A stretch of DNA of 64,000 nucleotides, taken from positions 489,586 to 553,585 of the forward strand of contig CBDCLE010000002.1 of the NCBI GenBank assembly GCA_965218585.1, read 5' to 3'. Below the pieces are notes generated by a model that saw only the letters and a list, made by a program, of their open reading frames with translations, did not search any database and was not told where the DNA came from. This DNA is from Terriglobia bacterium. Lineage in GTDB: Bacteria; Acidobacteriota; Terriglobia; 20CM-2-55-15. Below, piece by piece: positions 10,244-20,848 of the stretch (positions are counted from its first letter, which is position 1; each line of letters opens with the position of its first letter). The translations under genes and the position numbers were made by a program.

Positions 10244-13111
10244 CTACCTTTCCGGCATCAGGGTGACCCGAATCTGGTTCTCCAGGTTGAAGTATTGCCG
10301 TGCGTCTTCCCGGATCGATTCGGGTGTAACCGCTTCAACTGAAGCAGGATACGTCCGAATGCTGGCGCCGGGTGCGACGCCCCGCTGATAGTCGTTAGCG
10401 AGTTGATTGAGCAGCGTTCGATTTTCCTGGAAGTCTGTCTCAAACGACCGCAGAAGGGCCTGACGGACGTCGGATACCAGCTCCTCGTTCGGCATCGAGT
10501 TCTTAAGGTCTTCGATGCCTTCGAAAACCGCCTCGGCCAGTTCGTCCGTTCGATCGGGGTCCGACCCGAACGTGATGGTCAACGTGTAGGTTTCCAGAGG
10601 CTGCCAGGCCATGTTGGCTCTCACACCGATGCTGTAAGTGCCTCCGAGTTCTTCGCGTAACCGATCTCTAAGGCGTGTTTCCAATGTCATGGCCATGGCC
10701 CGGATGCCGGTTCGCTCGGCCTGATCTTCGTATTCGAAAGGGCCCGTGAAGGCGATACGCGTCTGGCTTCGCGGTTCAAGCCCGCGGTACACGGTCTCCT
10801 CGAACACTCCGGTTGGAGCCCTGAGACCGATGTCCTGCCATGTCTCTTCCCGGCCTGTCGTCGGCAGACCTCCCAGGTAACGTTCCACTAGGGGCTCGAT
10901 CACTTCGAAATCGAGGTTGCCAACGAAAACGAACGTGTAATCGCTGGCGTCTGAGAACCGCTCTTCGTAAAAGGAGAGTGATTCGCCCAGGTCCGTGTCG
11001 TCGAGTATCTCAACAGTTGGTGGACGCTGGCGTGGATGGTCCTGAGTGATGATGCGCGTGTAAGCATCATTGAAGGCCGTCGCGGGATTCGAATCCCGAT
11101 TGGCCAGAGCCTGACGACTCTGCGTTCTCCACAGCTCGTATATGGTGTCGTCGGCGCGGGGCGCCGTGAACCGCAGATAAATCAGCTGGAACATTGTCTC
11201 TACGTCGGTGGCCGATGCGTTGCCGGTGACACCCTCCTCGTAGGTGGAGATGAACGGACGCGCGCTTGCGATCTTGCCCGTGAGTACCTTCTGCAGATCA
11301 ATGGAATTGAAATCTCCGATGCCGCCGTTTGAAATCAGTGTCACCGCAGTGCTCGCGGGAATGTAGTCTTCGTCCATCGCCAGGGAGGTTCCCCCGGGGC
11401 TGAAACCTCGGAACAGGATCTGGTCTTCGTCAAAGTCGGTAGGCTTGAGAACGACGCGGATTCCGTTTTGAAGATCCCATTCGGTGATGCCGTCCCCGAC
11501 CATCCTTGTTGCCACGACTTCCGAGCCTTCGGGAAGCGACGACAACAGCGGCTGGTCCGAGACGGTATCCACGTAGGCCGTGATCTCGATATCGTCTATG
11601 CCTTCCAGAACAGCCGTCAGGGCTGTTCTGGAAGGCATCGTCAGTCCTTCTTTTTCCGGTCCGGCAACGACAACGACACGGTTGGCGTTACTGATCCAAT
11701 CCGCGCCGATCGCGTTGACTTCGTCAATCGATATCTCCGGAACGAAACGTTCGTAGAGCGCGTACTCGTATGCGATGCCCGGGATCGATTCGCCGTTCAG
11801 GAAAGCGCGGGTATATTCGCGGGCGAACGCTCCCGAATTCCGGTTGGCTCGATTCGTGTAGCTGCGCTCCATTCCACGCATAACCGAGATCTTCTGTCTT
11901 TCCAACTCGGATTCTGTGAACCCAAATCGAGCGACGCGTTCCGCTTCAGTAAACAGAGCTTCCAGGCCCCGTTCGATACGGTCCTCGAGGACCGCGGCGC
12001 TCAGGAAGAAAGTTCCTTTCGATCGGATCAACTGGCCCTGGGCTGAAGAGGCTCTCAGGAACGGCGGGTTGGGTTCCCGTGCGATCTCGGCAAAACGGTT
12101 CGTGAGTATGCTGTTGTAAAGCCGTTCGACGATCCGTTGCCGGTACCCGCCGATCGTCCAGTCTTCTTCGGGCGGCATCTTGTGGTAGACCTGGACCGTC
12201 GTGGCCGGCATCTCCGGGTCGGTTGCGATGGAAAACAGCGTTTCCGCGTGATCGGGAACCTCATACACGACACGTTCTCTACGGTCCGCCGGATTCTCGA
12301 GGCCTTCGAAATGCTGGCGTGTCAGCGCCTCGATCTCGGATGCGTCGAAGTCGCCTACGGCGATTACAGCCATCAAGTCGGGCCGGTACCAGTCGCTGTA
12401 GAAGCGGCGAAGCGCGTCGTGCTCGAATGTCTCAAGGCTTTCGAGCGTGCCGATGGGCAAACGTTCGGCGTATTGCGATCCGTTAAAGATGACCGGGAAC
12501 TGTTGATCGCGTAATCGCGTGGCCGCGCCCTGTCCCAGCCGCCATTCTTCGATAACGACGCCCCGCTCCATATCGATCTCGTCGGGATCCAGCGTCAACC
12601 CATGAGCCCAGTCTTCGAGAATCTGAAACGCCGTCTCGAGGTTTTCAGTATTGTCGGTCGGGACTTCCAGTTGGTAAGTGGTTTCGTCAAATGAGGTCGA
12701 TGCATTGACACCCGGACCCAGGCGCATGCCGATGGATTCCATGAAACCGATCAGTTCCTGCTTCTCAAAGTTTTCGGTCCCGTTGAAGGCCATGTGTTCG
12801 AGGAAGTGTGCCAGCCCGAGCTGGTCGTCGTCTTCGACGATCGAGCCCACGTTGACTACGAGCCGCAATTCAGCTCGGTTTTCCGGCTCCTGATTTTCGC
12901 GGATGTAGTAACGGAGGCCATTGGCGAGTTCGCCGGTCGTGACATCCGGGCTGACAGGGGCTGGCTGATCCAGCGGAATTGTTCGCGCGTCCTCCGAATT
13001 GGCCGTCCCACGTGTTCCCTCTTGGGCAACGCCGGATGCAGACAATCCCAGCAAAGCTATGGTCCACAGACTCGCAAACAACGGCACGCGCATACGACCT
13101 TTCATCAACAA
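10244..13111 (-). CDS. M16 family zinc protease (PqqL-like)
   Basis: GLAHFLEHMAFNG inverzincin motif, NASTSFDET, ERGVVIEEWR; signal peptide. Confidence 0.95.
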   Translation of the reverse strand: MLMKGRMRVPLFASLWTIALLGLSASGVAQEGTRGTANSEDARTIPLDQPAPVSPDVTTGELANGLRYYIRENQEPENRAELRLVVNVGSIVEDDDQLGLAHFLEHMAFNGTENFEKQELIGFMESIGMRLGPGVNASTSFDETTYQLEVPTDNTENLETAFQILEDWAHGLTLDPDEIDMERGVVIEEWRLGQGAATRLRDQQFPVIFNGSQYAERLPIGTLESLETFEHDALRRFYSDWYRPDLMAVIAVGDFDASEIEALTRQHFEGLENPADRRERVVYEVPDHAETLFSIATDPEMPATTVQVYHKMPPEEDWTIGGYRQRIVERLYNSILTNRFAEIAREPNPPFLRASSAQGQLIRSKGTFFLSAAVLEDRIERGLEALFTEAERVARFGFTESELERQKISVMRGMERSYTNRANRNSGAFAREYTRAFLNGESIPGIAYEYALYERFVPEISIDEVNAIGADWISNANRVVVVAGPEKEGLTMPSRTALTAVLEGIDDIEITAYVDTVSDQPLLSSLPEGSEVVATRMVGDGITEWDLQNGIRVVLKPTDFDEDQILFRGFSPGGTSLAMDEDYIPASTAVTLISNGGIGDFNSIDLQKVLTGKIASARPFISTYEEGVTGNASATDVETMFQLIYLRFTAPRADDTIYELWRTQSRQALANRDSNPATAFNDAYTRIITQDHPRQRPPTVEILDDTDLGESLSFYEERFSDASDYTFVFVGNLDFEVIEPLVERYLGGLPTTGREETWQDIGLRAPTGVFEETVYRGLEPRSQTRIAFTGPFEYEDQAERTGIRAMAMTLETRLRDRLREELGGTYSIGVRANMAWQPLETYTLTITFGSDPDRTDELAEAVFEGIEDLKNSMPNEELVSDVRQALLRSFETDFQENRTLLNQLANDYQRGVAPGASIRTYPASVEAVTPESIREDARQYFNLENQIRVTLMPER

Positions 13112-13453
13112 GCTCCTTCTGCTGATCGAGACAGACCCGCCTGAAGAGGCGCGGCGGTCTTTGATCCCAATAAGATACTAGATGTGGGTTCAGTATTGAT
13201 AGCGAAACCTGATAGCGCGCCTACGAGTGGATGCACTGCCCCCCGACCCCTCGGTTGGCGCCTGTGGTGGGTCGGTCAACAGTGGAAAAGTGCGAGATTT
13301 TTGAGGAATGGGATTGGGGTTACTTGAGTTCGGTTCCCGCCGGTAGTAGGTTTACGGCCAGCGTGTAAATGATGCGATGCTGTATGGGGTCGCTCCCTGT
13401 TCGATTCGGAGCGATCAGTAACAATTTGTTGGATACGAAGAAAGGACTCGTCG

Positions 13454-13816
13454 ATGGCCACCAATGATACCTGTTGCACAATCGTTCCTTATTTCAAAGT
13501 ACAGGACGGGAAGCTCGATGTATTCAAAGAGCTCTGTGATCGTTTCGTAGAGAAGACACGGGGCGAGCCCGGATGTCTGTATTACGGTTTCAGTTTTGGC
13601 GCCGATTTCGCATTCTGTCGGGAGGGTTACGAAAACGCCGACGCCTTATTGGCACACGTTCAGAACGTCGGAGCCTTGCTCGAGGAAATGCCGCAATCTG
13701 CGGAAATCGTGAAGCTTGAGATCCACGGTCCCGAGGAGGAATTGGCAAAGTTACGCGAGCCGCTGAGTGAATTGAATCCGGAGTTCTTTACGCTGGAGTA
13801 TGGATTCCGCAAGTAG
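13454..13816 (+). CDS. ABM-domain (putative quinol monooxygenase) protein
   Basis: EPGCLYY...E.Y...ALLAH pattern. Confidence 0.8.
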   Translation: MATNDTCCTIVPYFKVQDGKLDVFKELCDRFVEKTRGEPGCLYYGFSFGADFAFCREGYENADALLAHVQNVGALLEEMPQSAEIVKLEIHGPEEELAKLREPLSELNPEFFTLEYGFRK

Positions 13817-13982
13817 TTAGATGTCAGCGACCGACAATCCGAAGCATGGAAAGAAACCAGCCGCGCCGTCCGGCGGAATCGATCTGCATCAGCTCCTTTT
13901 GACAGCGGCTGTGTGCAAGGAAATACTTGAGTTATGATGGCGCTTCGATTTTAGGACGACGAATACGGGAGGACCTCGAAAA

Positions 13983-15188
13983 GTGAAACGACTATTTGCC
14001 CTTGCCTTGATGGCGTTCTTATTCAGCGCTGGTCATGCCGGGAAGGCCGCAGCCCAGGATCTTGTGATCACTAACGCACGCATCATCGTGGGTAACGGAG
14101 ATGTTATCGAAAACGGTTCGATTGTCATTCGTGACGGGAGGATCGCATCTGTCGCACCTGGCCGCGCCGATGCAGCCGGCGTCGAGACGATCGACGCGGG
14201 CGGCATGAGCGCGTTGCCCGGGTTCATCGACGCACACAAGCACATCAACACCGGTCCGGATGAGGCCGAGCAGATGCAGTCGTTGCTCGAAGCCGGATAC
14301 ACGACGGTTCTTTCTGGCGGAGGCCCCGGCGACGGCAGCCTGACGCTCCGCGATCACATCGAGTCCGGAATGATCAACGGTCCGCGCATCATTCCCTCAG
14401 AACGCGTCAACCTCAGGGGAACGCCCGAAGAAGGTCGTGCGACTATTCGAGACATGGCCGCCCGGGGTATTTTTCACACGGGTGAGATCGGCCTCACGCC
14501 CGAGCCGGGACCAACGCCTGAGGAAATCGAGGTCCTCGAAGCAATCGTCGACGAAGCGGCCAGGGCCGGTGTACAGGTCAATGTCCATGCGGTAAGCACC
14601 TCCTCCATGGTCGGCGCAATCGACGCCGGTGTGCGACGGCTGGTTCACCTGCCCAACAAGGACTGGGTGAGCCGCGAAGCAGCCGAGAAGGTGGCATCGA
14701 CCGACTCGATTGTCCTCGGTCTCATCGGCTTCGGTGCGCCGATCATCGACGTGTTCGAAGATGACAACTCGCCACGGTTCCGCAACGGCGAGGCGTGGCC
14801 TGAGGCCATTGCCGGTGCGAACAGGGACGCGGAGGGAAGGGCCACCGGTACCGAGGCGGGCTACACGCTTGTGAATGCACGGACCATCTGGGATGCCAGC
14901 GGAGGGACGGGAATCGCCTACTGCACAGATCAGAACTACGCAGACGTTGCGGTCCTCGAACACGAGCTGAAGTCGTACAACATCATGTTTTCGATGCAGG
15001 ACATCATCAGAATCATGGGGCCCAACAGCGCGGCTTACATCGACATGGAGGACGACCTCGGCACCCTGGAAGAGGGGAAACTGGCCGACATGATCCTTCT
15101 TGACGGCAATCCGCTGGAAGGCTATTGGAACATGCTCAATACCAAGCTGACGATCGTTGGCGGGGAGATCCGCTCGGATGAGCGCTAA
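13983..15188 (+). CDS. Amidohydrolase family protein (secreted)
   Basis: PGFIDAHKH, VHA and GTLEEGKLADMILLDGNP motifs. Confidence 0.88.
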   Translation: MKRLFALALMAFLFSAGHAGKAAAQDLVITNARIIVGNGDVIENGSIVIRDGRIASVAPGRADAAGVETIDAGGMSALPGFIDAHKHINTGPDEAEQMQSLLEAGYTTVLSGGGPGDGSLTLRDHIESGMINGPRIIPSERVNLRGTPEEGRATIRDMAARGIFHTGEIGLTPEPGPTPEEIEVLEAIVDEAARAGVQVNVHAVSTSSMVGAIDAGVRRLVHLPNKDWVSREAAEKVASTDSIVLGLIGFGAPIIDVFEDDNSPRFRNGEAWPEAIAGANRDAEGRATGTEAGYTLVNARTIWDASGGTGIAYCTDQNYADVAVLEHELKSYNIMFSMQDIIRIMGPNSAAYIDMEDDLGTLEEGKLADMILLDGNPLEGYWNMLNTKLTIVGGEIRSDER

Positions 15189-15278
15189 CCCTCGGGAGAG
15201 GAGACCCCGGGGCCGCCACGACCCCGGCATGGGAGTGGCGGCTCAGTTTACTTTCCGTCGCCAGCCTGGCCTGGAGTC

Positions 15279-16349
15279 TTAGCGTACCGGTGTCTCGGAA
15301 CATCCCTGAATTTCGGCGATCACCTCTTGTGAACTCCTGCCGTCAAGCTGTTCACGTATTGGACCGGCTGCATCTGGGGTTAAGCGGACACGACTCTCAT
15401 CGATTTGGAACATTCCTGTCCAAGAGCCGTTGAGGGCGTAGCGAGGGCTGCCGGTCACATCTGGGAGATCGGGTCGGGTCTCATCGGTAAGAAAAAGGAT
15501 GTACTGCTCTTCCTCTTCTACCAGATCGTATTGAATGGGCAATTCCGTGTACCGCCCCAGTACCCCCCCTTTTTGAGAGATCACTACTTGCTGGATCGAT
15601 TCCGGTCCTTTAAGCACTTGACTGACCACCAGGATCGCGTCTGTCTCCAGGTAGCGGAAAATTGGCCGCGATCGTTCCTGAACAAGCTGGGTGCCGGGGG
15701 GATAATCGAGATTCTGTCTTGGAACCAGAATAGCTTGAACATGGGCTTCAACTATCAATGTCGAGGAGTCGCACAACTGCTCGAGGGACCCGGGTAGATA
15801 GTCAGGCGCAATTGACAGGGCGAACGTGGCGCGGTTTGTCGGCGGCGGGGGCGGCGGCAGGCTTTCTCCACCCGGATTCGGGACCGAGAAGGCTTCGGTG
15901 GGAACCTGACCGAAAATCTTTCGATAAACCATGGGAACATCGGTCTGAATCGTCAGTGTGTTGCCGTCCAGAGTGCCTTCGCAACACCCGCCCGCCTCAA
16001 ACAAGATAGTGATGCGTGCGCCCTCTTGTGAATAACTTCCGCTGCCCGAGCTTTCACTGACATCCACGACCGCGCCGTCAGCGTAGCGGTAGCGCGTCAC
16101 CCAGGTATGAGTACCGTCTGCTTCCAGTCGCACCGAGCCGCCGATAACCTCTTGCCTTCTGGATCCGCTCTGTGACACGAGGGCGGGGAGGTCTTGTGCG
16201 TTCGCCCGGATCAAAATGTACTCACCCACGGCTTCGGGTATCTGGTTCCCCGTTTCATTTGGCGTGGACTCTTGGGCAAAGACACCGTGTGAAGGAATCG
16301 ACAGGGCTGTCAGAAGGAACATGGTCAACACGAATCTTAAAAACGACAT
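15279..16349 (-). CDS. Secreted hypothetical two-domain protein with a polyproline linker
   Basis: Long ORF, signal peptide, PPPPPP linker; no family recognised. Confidence 0.6.
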   Translation of the reverse strand: MSFLRFVLTMFLLTALSIPSHGVFAQESTPNETGNQIPEAVGEYILIRANAQDLPALVSQSGSRRQEVIGGSVRLEADGTHTWVTRYRYADGAVVDVSESSGSGSYSQEGARITILFEAGGCCEGTLDGNTLTIQTDVPMVYRKIFGQVPTEAFSVPNPGGESLPPPPPPTNRATFALSIAPDYLPGSLEQLCDSSTLIVEAHVQAILVPRQNLDYPPGTQLVQERSRPIFRYLETDAILVVSQVLKGPESIQQVVISQKGGVLGRYTELPIQYDLVEEEEQYILFLTDETRPDLPDVTGSPRYALNGSWTGMFQIDESRVRLTPDAAGPIREQLDGRSSQEVIAEIQGCSETPVR

Positions 16350-16410
16350 TTCACGACGTCCTTTTCCCGAACAAGTCTGTAGATTTCCGATACAGAAGGC
16401 GGCCCATCCG

Positions 16411-16968
16411 TCAGGGTGCATTATAAATGAGTGCTCCACTTCGTGCACTGGAGGCAGGGCTCACTCTTAGAACGCGGACTGTTCGGGAGATTTTCTTGCC
16501 GATGAAATAACCGATCACGCCGGCCCCGGCACCGACCGCAGACCATTCTGCAACCCGTCTCGAATCAGAGACGTTGATTCGGCTGTCGCTGATCGCCTGC
16601 GGGAAATATGCAAGTGCCGCGCCAGCTCCGGCGGCCGCAGTCAACAACGGTTTTGCCCAGCCTCGTGTTTCTTCGGTGACTTCGATCACAGAAATCGCGC
16701 TCCGCGGGATAGTGTTTCTCCCTTGCGGGTATGACTGATTCCCGGTCTTCGTAATATTGACTACGAGACCTTCGTCCTGAACAGCCAGGGCCGTTCCCTG
16801 AATCTCAGTCCCACCGGAGAAGCCGATTGAAACTGTGCGTCCCAACACCAGGGATGCCAGTTCGTTCCATGCGACCGAAGTCGATTGTTCCTCGAAATTC
16901 ACCGCTCCATCCGCAGCGGGACTGATCAGGGCGACTGCCCAGATCATCAGAAGACATTTCCTGATCAT
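16411..16968 (-). CDS. Hypothetical exported/membrane protein
   Basis: RBS AGGAG and signal peptide; glycine/alanine-rich C-terminal helices. Confidence 0.6.
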   Translation of the reverse strand: MIRKCLLMIWAVALISPAADGAVNFEEQSTSVAWNELASLVLGRTVSIGFSGGTEIQGTALAVQDEGLVVNITKTGNQSYPQGRNTIPRSAISVIEVTEETRGWAKPLLTAAAGAGAALAYFPQAISDSRINVSDSRRVAEWSAVGAGAGVIGYFIGKKISRTVRVLRVSPASSARSGALIYNAP

Positions 16969-16989
16969 TAGTGCTCCTATTCTTTCGAG

Positions 16990-17798
16990 TTGGACGTCCG
17001 GACCGGCGAACTCAAGAAGCAAGGTTCCCGAATTCGGCTACAGGATCAGCCGACGAAGTTGCTCGTCTTGCTGGCGAGCCGTTCGGGGGAATTGGTTACC
17101 CGTGAAGACATTCAGAAGGTGCTGTGGGCCGACAGCCAGTTTGTTGAGTTTGACGACGCAATCAATACTGCGATAAAGAAAATCCGGGAGGCGTTAGGAG
17201 ACGGCCTCACGAACCAGCGTATTATCGAGACACTTCCGCGAAAAGGTTATCGGTTTCTTCTTCCCGTAGAGGCGATTCCTGCTAAAGGTCAGTCGCCGGT
17301 CGGCTATGGCAACGACTCTTCCAACACTGATCCTGAAAACTCATTCCCTGATGCGAACCGAACGGGGGAGGAAGCCGAAACGGGATTTGCCCTGCCGAGG
17401 GGTCCCGCCCGGAGTGTGTTCTTGATGATCCAGGTAAGATACCTGGCGATGTACTGCACGACTCTGTATTACGCCGACGCTGTGGAGTCTGTGTTGAGAG
17501 GATTTGAAGCCATCCCAGTTGTGGTGACCTTGCCGGCGGTCATCGTTACTGCGATGTGCGGCATTGCGGTGCGGTTGTATCTGGTTTCTTCCGTTGGCTT
17601 TGCGCATCCGGCGGCGGGACAGAAGTTTCAGAAATTATTCCCGGGCTCGTTCTGCTGGATGGGCTGTGGGCTGCATCGCCTCTCTTGATATCCAGCCAGA
17701 TTGGTGTCGGTGTCTCGCTGGCGGGCGCGGCCGGGCTCGCTTACGCCCCGTTCTCCCAACGGACTCTTGTCCAAAGCGTTTACCGCCCCGACGTCTAA
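16990..17798 (+). pseudogene. CadC/ToxR-like membrane-anchored winged-helix regulator, frameshifted near 17642-17646 and possibly 5'-truncated
   Basis: ELDVRTGEL..G.RIRLQDQP...IETLPRKGYRF (Trans_reg_C). The TM C-terminus continues as LVLLDGLWAASPLL in another frame. Confidence 0.75.
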
Positions 17799-17853
17799 AG
17801 GTTTACAAAACCCTGCTTCTCCCATATAAGACTGACAAGCCCCGGTGACGCTC

Positions 17854-19362
17854 ATGGAAACGACATCGCACGACCTGTACGATGGTCCCCAGCGAGCCAA
17901 TCGGAGAGCGTTTCTGCTTCTCCGCTGGCTGATCATTATTCTTGCCGGTTACCTCACGCTGTTCGAGAACATCGAAGACTCTGGGGTCGTAGGACTTTTT
18001 CTGATTGTCGTGGCCTTTGTCCTGTCGAACGTCCTGATAGGCTTGGCGCCGATAGACATAGTGATGGCGGCCAAGAGGCGGCACATCGTAGCAGCCGCCG
18101 ACGCTGTATTCATCTGTACGTTTCTCTACTACTTGCGTGTGGATCAGGCTCAAATCCACATCCCGTTTATGGGGATTGTGGTGCTTGCGATTATCTGGCC
18201 CGATTTGCGGGTCGTGCTGTTTGCGATGTTCGTGGTCAGCCTTCTGTTCGGACTGTTCACCAACTTTGAACTGTTCGGTGCAACGATCGAGATCGCAAGA
18301 GACGACTTCCTCACGCTATCGCTCCTTTTCATAGTTGCGATTTTCTATATCTTCATGGTCGAGCGATTCGACCGGGATACTGAAACGTCGATCGCATTGC
18401 TTCGTGAGAAACGCAACTCCGAAAAAGCGACTGAGATCACACGACAGATTTCTGCTTCGCTGAAGGCGAAGGAAATCCTGGCAGTCCTGATCAAGAGGTT
18501 CAGAGAATTGATGCCGGACGTGGATTGCTCGATCGTTCGAGCCGAGGCAGATCGAAACGAGGCCAAGGTCATTGCGGGTTCACGTCCAGATAGTTCGCCG
18601 GACATGATTCTGGACGAGATCCCCACGCTTGGGGAGGCGTTCACGCTCAAGGAAACCAGTTCCACAACGATCAAACGGGACGGCGGGAAGGTAACTACGA
18701 TGGCCGTGCCTATGATCAGTCGAGGGGAGGTGGTGGCAGCGCTCTACTTCGAGCATGAGTCCAACCCGACAAACCCCTTGGAGGAGAATCGAGGTTTCAT
18801 CGAAGTTATCGCCAGTGCTGCAGCGAGTTCGCTCTCTAACGCCGAGCAGTTCGAATCGTTGAAGGAGCTGGCGACGAGCGAATCGGCAACAAAGTTGGCG
18901 AACCACGGGACGTTCCAGACCCGGCTTGTGCGCGAGGTTGAAACGGCTTTGCGGCACAACCGGGCGGTCTCGCTTTTGATGGTCGATCTGGATTGGCTGA
19001 AGAAGATTAACGAGAAGCACGGCTACCCTGTTGGCGACAACGTGATCGGAGCGGTTGCCGAAGCCATCCGAACCGCGTGCCGCGAAAGAGATTTCGCGGC
19101 ACGCTACGGTGGAGAGGAATTCACCGTCATTCTTCCGGAAACCGACCTTAAGGCAGCTGTGCCGTTCGCCGAGGGACTCCGCCAGCGAGTCGAGGCGATC
19201 GATCGGTTTGATACCGGGGTAACCGTGTCGATTGGGGTCGCCAGTTGTCCCGTCGATGCCGTAAACGCACAGGAATTGATTCTTGCTGCGGACAATGCCT
19301 TGTATCTTGCCAAGGGACTGGGGCGCAACCGTGTTTCCCCCTCTCCGGACGATCTGGCATAA
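17854..19362 (+). CDS. Membrane diguanylate cyclase (TM-GAF-GGDEF)
   Basis: N-terminal TM helices, GAF-like middle region, RERD I-site and RYGGEEF active site. Confidence 0.9.
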   Translation: METTSHDLYDGPQRANRRAFLLLRWLIIILAGYLTLFENIEDSGVVGLFLIVVAFVLSNVLIGLAPIDIVMAAKRRHIVAAADAVFICTFLYYLRVDQAQIHIPFMGIVVLAIIWPDLRVVLFAMFVVSLLFGLFTNFELFGATIEIARDDFLTLSLLFIVAIFYIFMVERFDRDTETSIALLREKRNSEKATEITRQISASLKAKEILAVLIKRFRELMPDVDCSIVRAEADRNEAKVIAGSRPDSSPDMILDEIPTLGEAFTLKETSSTTIKRDGGKVTTMAVPMISRGEVVAALYFEHESNPTNPLEENRGFIEVIASAAASSLSNAEQFESLKELATSESATKLANHGTFQTRLVREVETALRHNRAVSLLMVDLDWLKKINEKHGYPVGDNVIGAVAEAIRTACRERDFAARYGGEEFTVILPETDLKAAVPFAEGLRQRVEAIDRFDTGVTVSIGVASCPVDAVNAQELILAADNALYLAKGLGRNRVSPSPDDLA

Positions 19363-19423
19363 TCTTCCAAACCACATCTGAGGCGACAGCCGCCAACTAA
19401 CCTTTGATAAATGGAGAGAGCCC

Positions 19424-19714
19424 ATGGCGACCTATGTGAGTCTGTTCAACTTCACTGACGAGGGAATCCAGACAATCCAGGACACAACGCAACGCTTTCG
19501 AGGGTCGCAGGAAATCTGCGAGCAACTCGGTGTGACGATAAAGGATCTTTACTACACCAATGGGCAGTACGACGGAATTGCGATCTTGGAGGGGGATGAG
19601 GAAAGTGTCAGCGCGGCTGCTCTGGCTATCGGTGCGCTAGGCAAGACGCGAACCGTCACGACTCGCGCCTACAATGTCGAGGAGATGAAGAAGATCACGT
19701 CGAAAATGCCGTGA
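19424..19714 (+). CDS. GYD domain protein
   Basis: MATY..L..FT..G and GQYD motifs. Confidence 0.85.
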   Translation: MATYVSLFNFTDEGIQTIQDTTQRFRGSQEICEQLGVTIKDLYYTNGQYDGIAILEGDEESVSAAALAIGALGKTRTVTTRAYNVEEMKKITSKMP

Positions 19715-19739
19715 CTTTGTCGTGTGTCGTAGTTCGTCT

Positions 19740-20630
19740 ATGAAATTCGGAGTAACATTTCCCCAAACACGGATAGGAACCGATCCGATTGCTGTCCGAG
19801 ACTTTGCCCAAGCCGCCGAAGGCGCTGGCTTCGATTTCATCGTCGCATTCGACCATGTCACCGGTGCACATCCCGACCGGTTTGTCGGCCGTGACGTCGG
19901 ATTTCCCTCACCACCATACCTGTACGACAGTCAGATTCACGAACCGCTCACGCTTTTTGCCTATCTCGCGGCGGTGACCCGACGAATCGAACTGATGACC
20001 AGCATCTTAATTCTGCCCCAGCGCCAGACTGCCCTGGTTGCCAAGCAGGCCGCCGAAGTAGACCTCCTATCGGGCCAACGACTGCGGCTGGGTGTGGGCG
20101 TGGGCTGGAACTTCACCGAATACGAGGCGCTGGGCGAAGATTTCCGGACTCGTGGCGCACGTCAGGAAGAGCAGATCACTGTACTTCGAAAGCTCTGGGC
20201 CGAGGATCTGGTGACCTTTCACGGTCGATTTCATAATTTCGATCAAGTCGGTATTGCTCCTCGACCGACGCGACAGATTCCCATCTGGATCGGCGGCGGA
20301 TTTCGTGAACCCCTCGTGAAGCGGGTAGCGCGATTTGCGGATGGCTGGATACCGCTCCTGTTTCCGGGGGACGATGCCGAGCCCGTGATTGACCGGCTGC
20401 GGTATCACCTGGAACAGGAGGGACGCGACATAGCTTCGTTTGGTCTGCAGGCACAAGTCTCGACACCGCCGGGACAAGAGACCGACTGGGTGAGGGACGC
20501 GAAACGCCTCCGGACGCTCGGCTTCACGCATCTCGGTTTCGGAACTCTCACCCGGGGTTTCACCCCAATGGAGAATCTCGATCGGGCGACTGGGGCGAAG
20601 AAACTGATCGCTGCGGCTCTTCAAGACTAA
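19740..20630 (+). CDS. LLM-class (putative F420-dependent) oxidoreductase
   Basis: DHV, LILPQRQ..LVAKQAAEVD.LS..RL.LGVGVGW and IPIWIGG motifs. Confidence 0.88.
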   Translation: MKFGVTFPQTRIGTDPIAVRDFAQAAEGAGFDFIVAFDHVTGAHPDRFVGRDVGFPSPPYLYDSQIHEPLTLFAYLAAVTRRIELMTSILILPQRQTALVAKQAAEVDLLSGQRLRLGVGVGWNFTEYEALGEDFRTRGARQEEQITVLRKLWAEDLVTFHGRFHNFDQVGIAPRPTRQIPIWIGGGFREPLVKRVARFADGWIPLLFPGDDAEPVIDRLRYHLEQEGRDIASFGLQAQVSTPPGQETDWVRDAKRLRTLGFTHLGFGTLTRGFTPMENLDRATGAKKLIAAALQD

Positions 20631-20848
20631 ACGAGAAGCCGCGCGCCGCAGCGTTTTGCACCGACCTTCGTACGGCTCAGACCCCACGTCTCCTTCACAT
20701 GTCCCGGCCGCCCTGAAAGCCTGACCTCGAAAATCAGGGCACCGTACTCGTTCCCTCAGTTCTTTAAACCAGTTCGAGTCAAGCGGTCATTATTTGTTGC
20801 CAGACCGCACGTTGGTAGTCACAACGGCGACTTATTGGGAATCGACCT

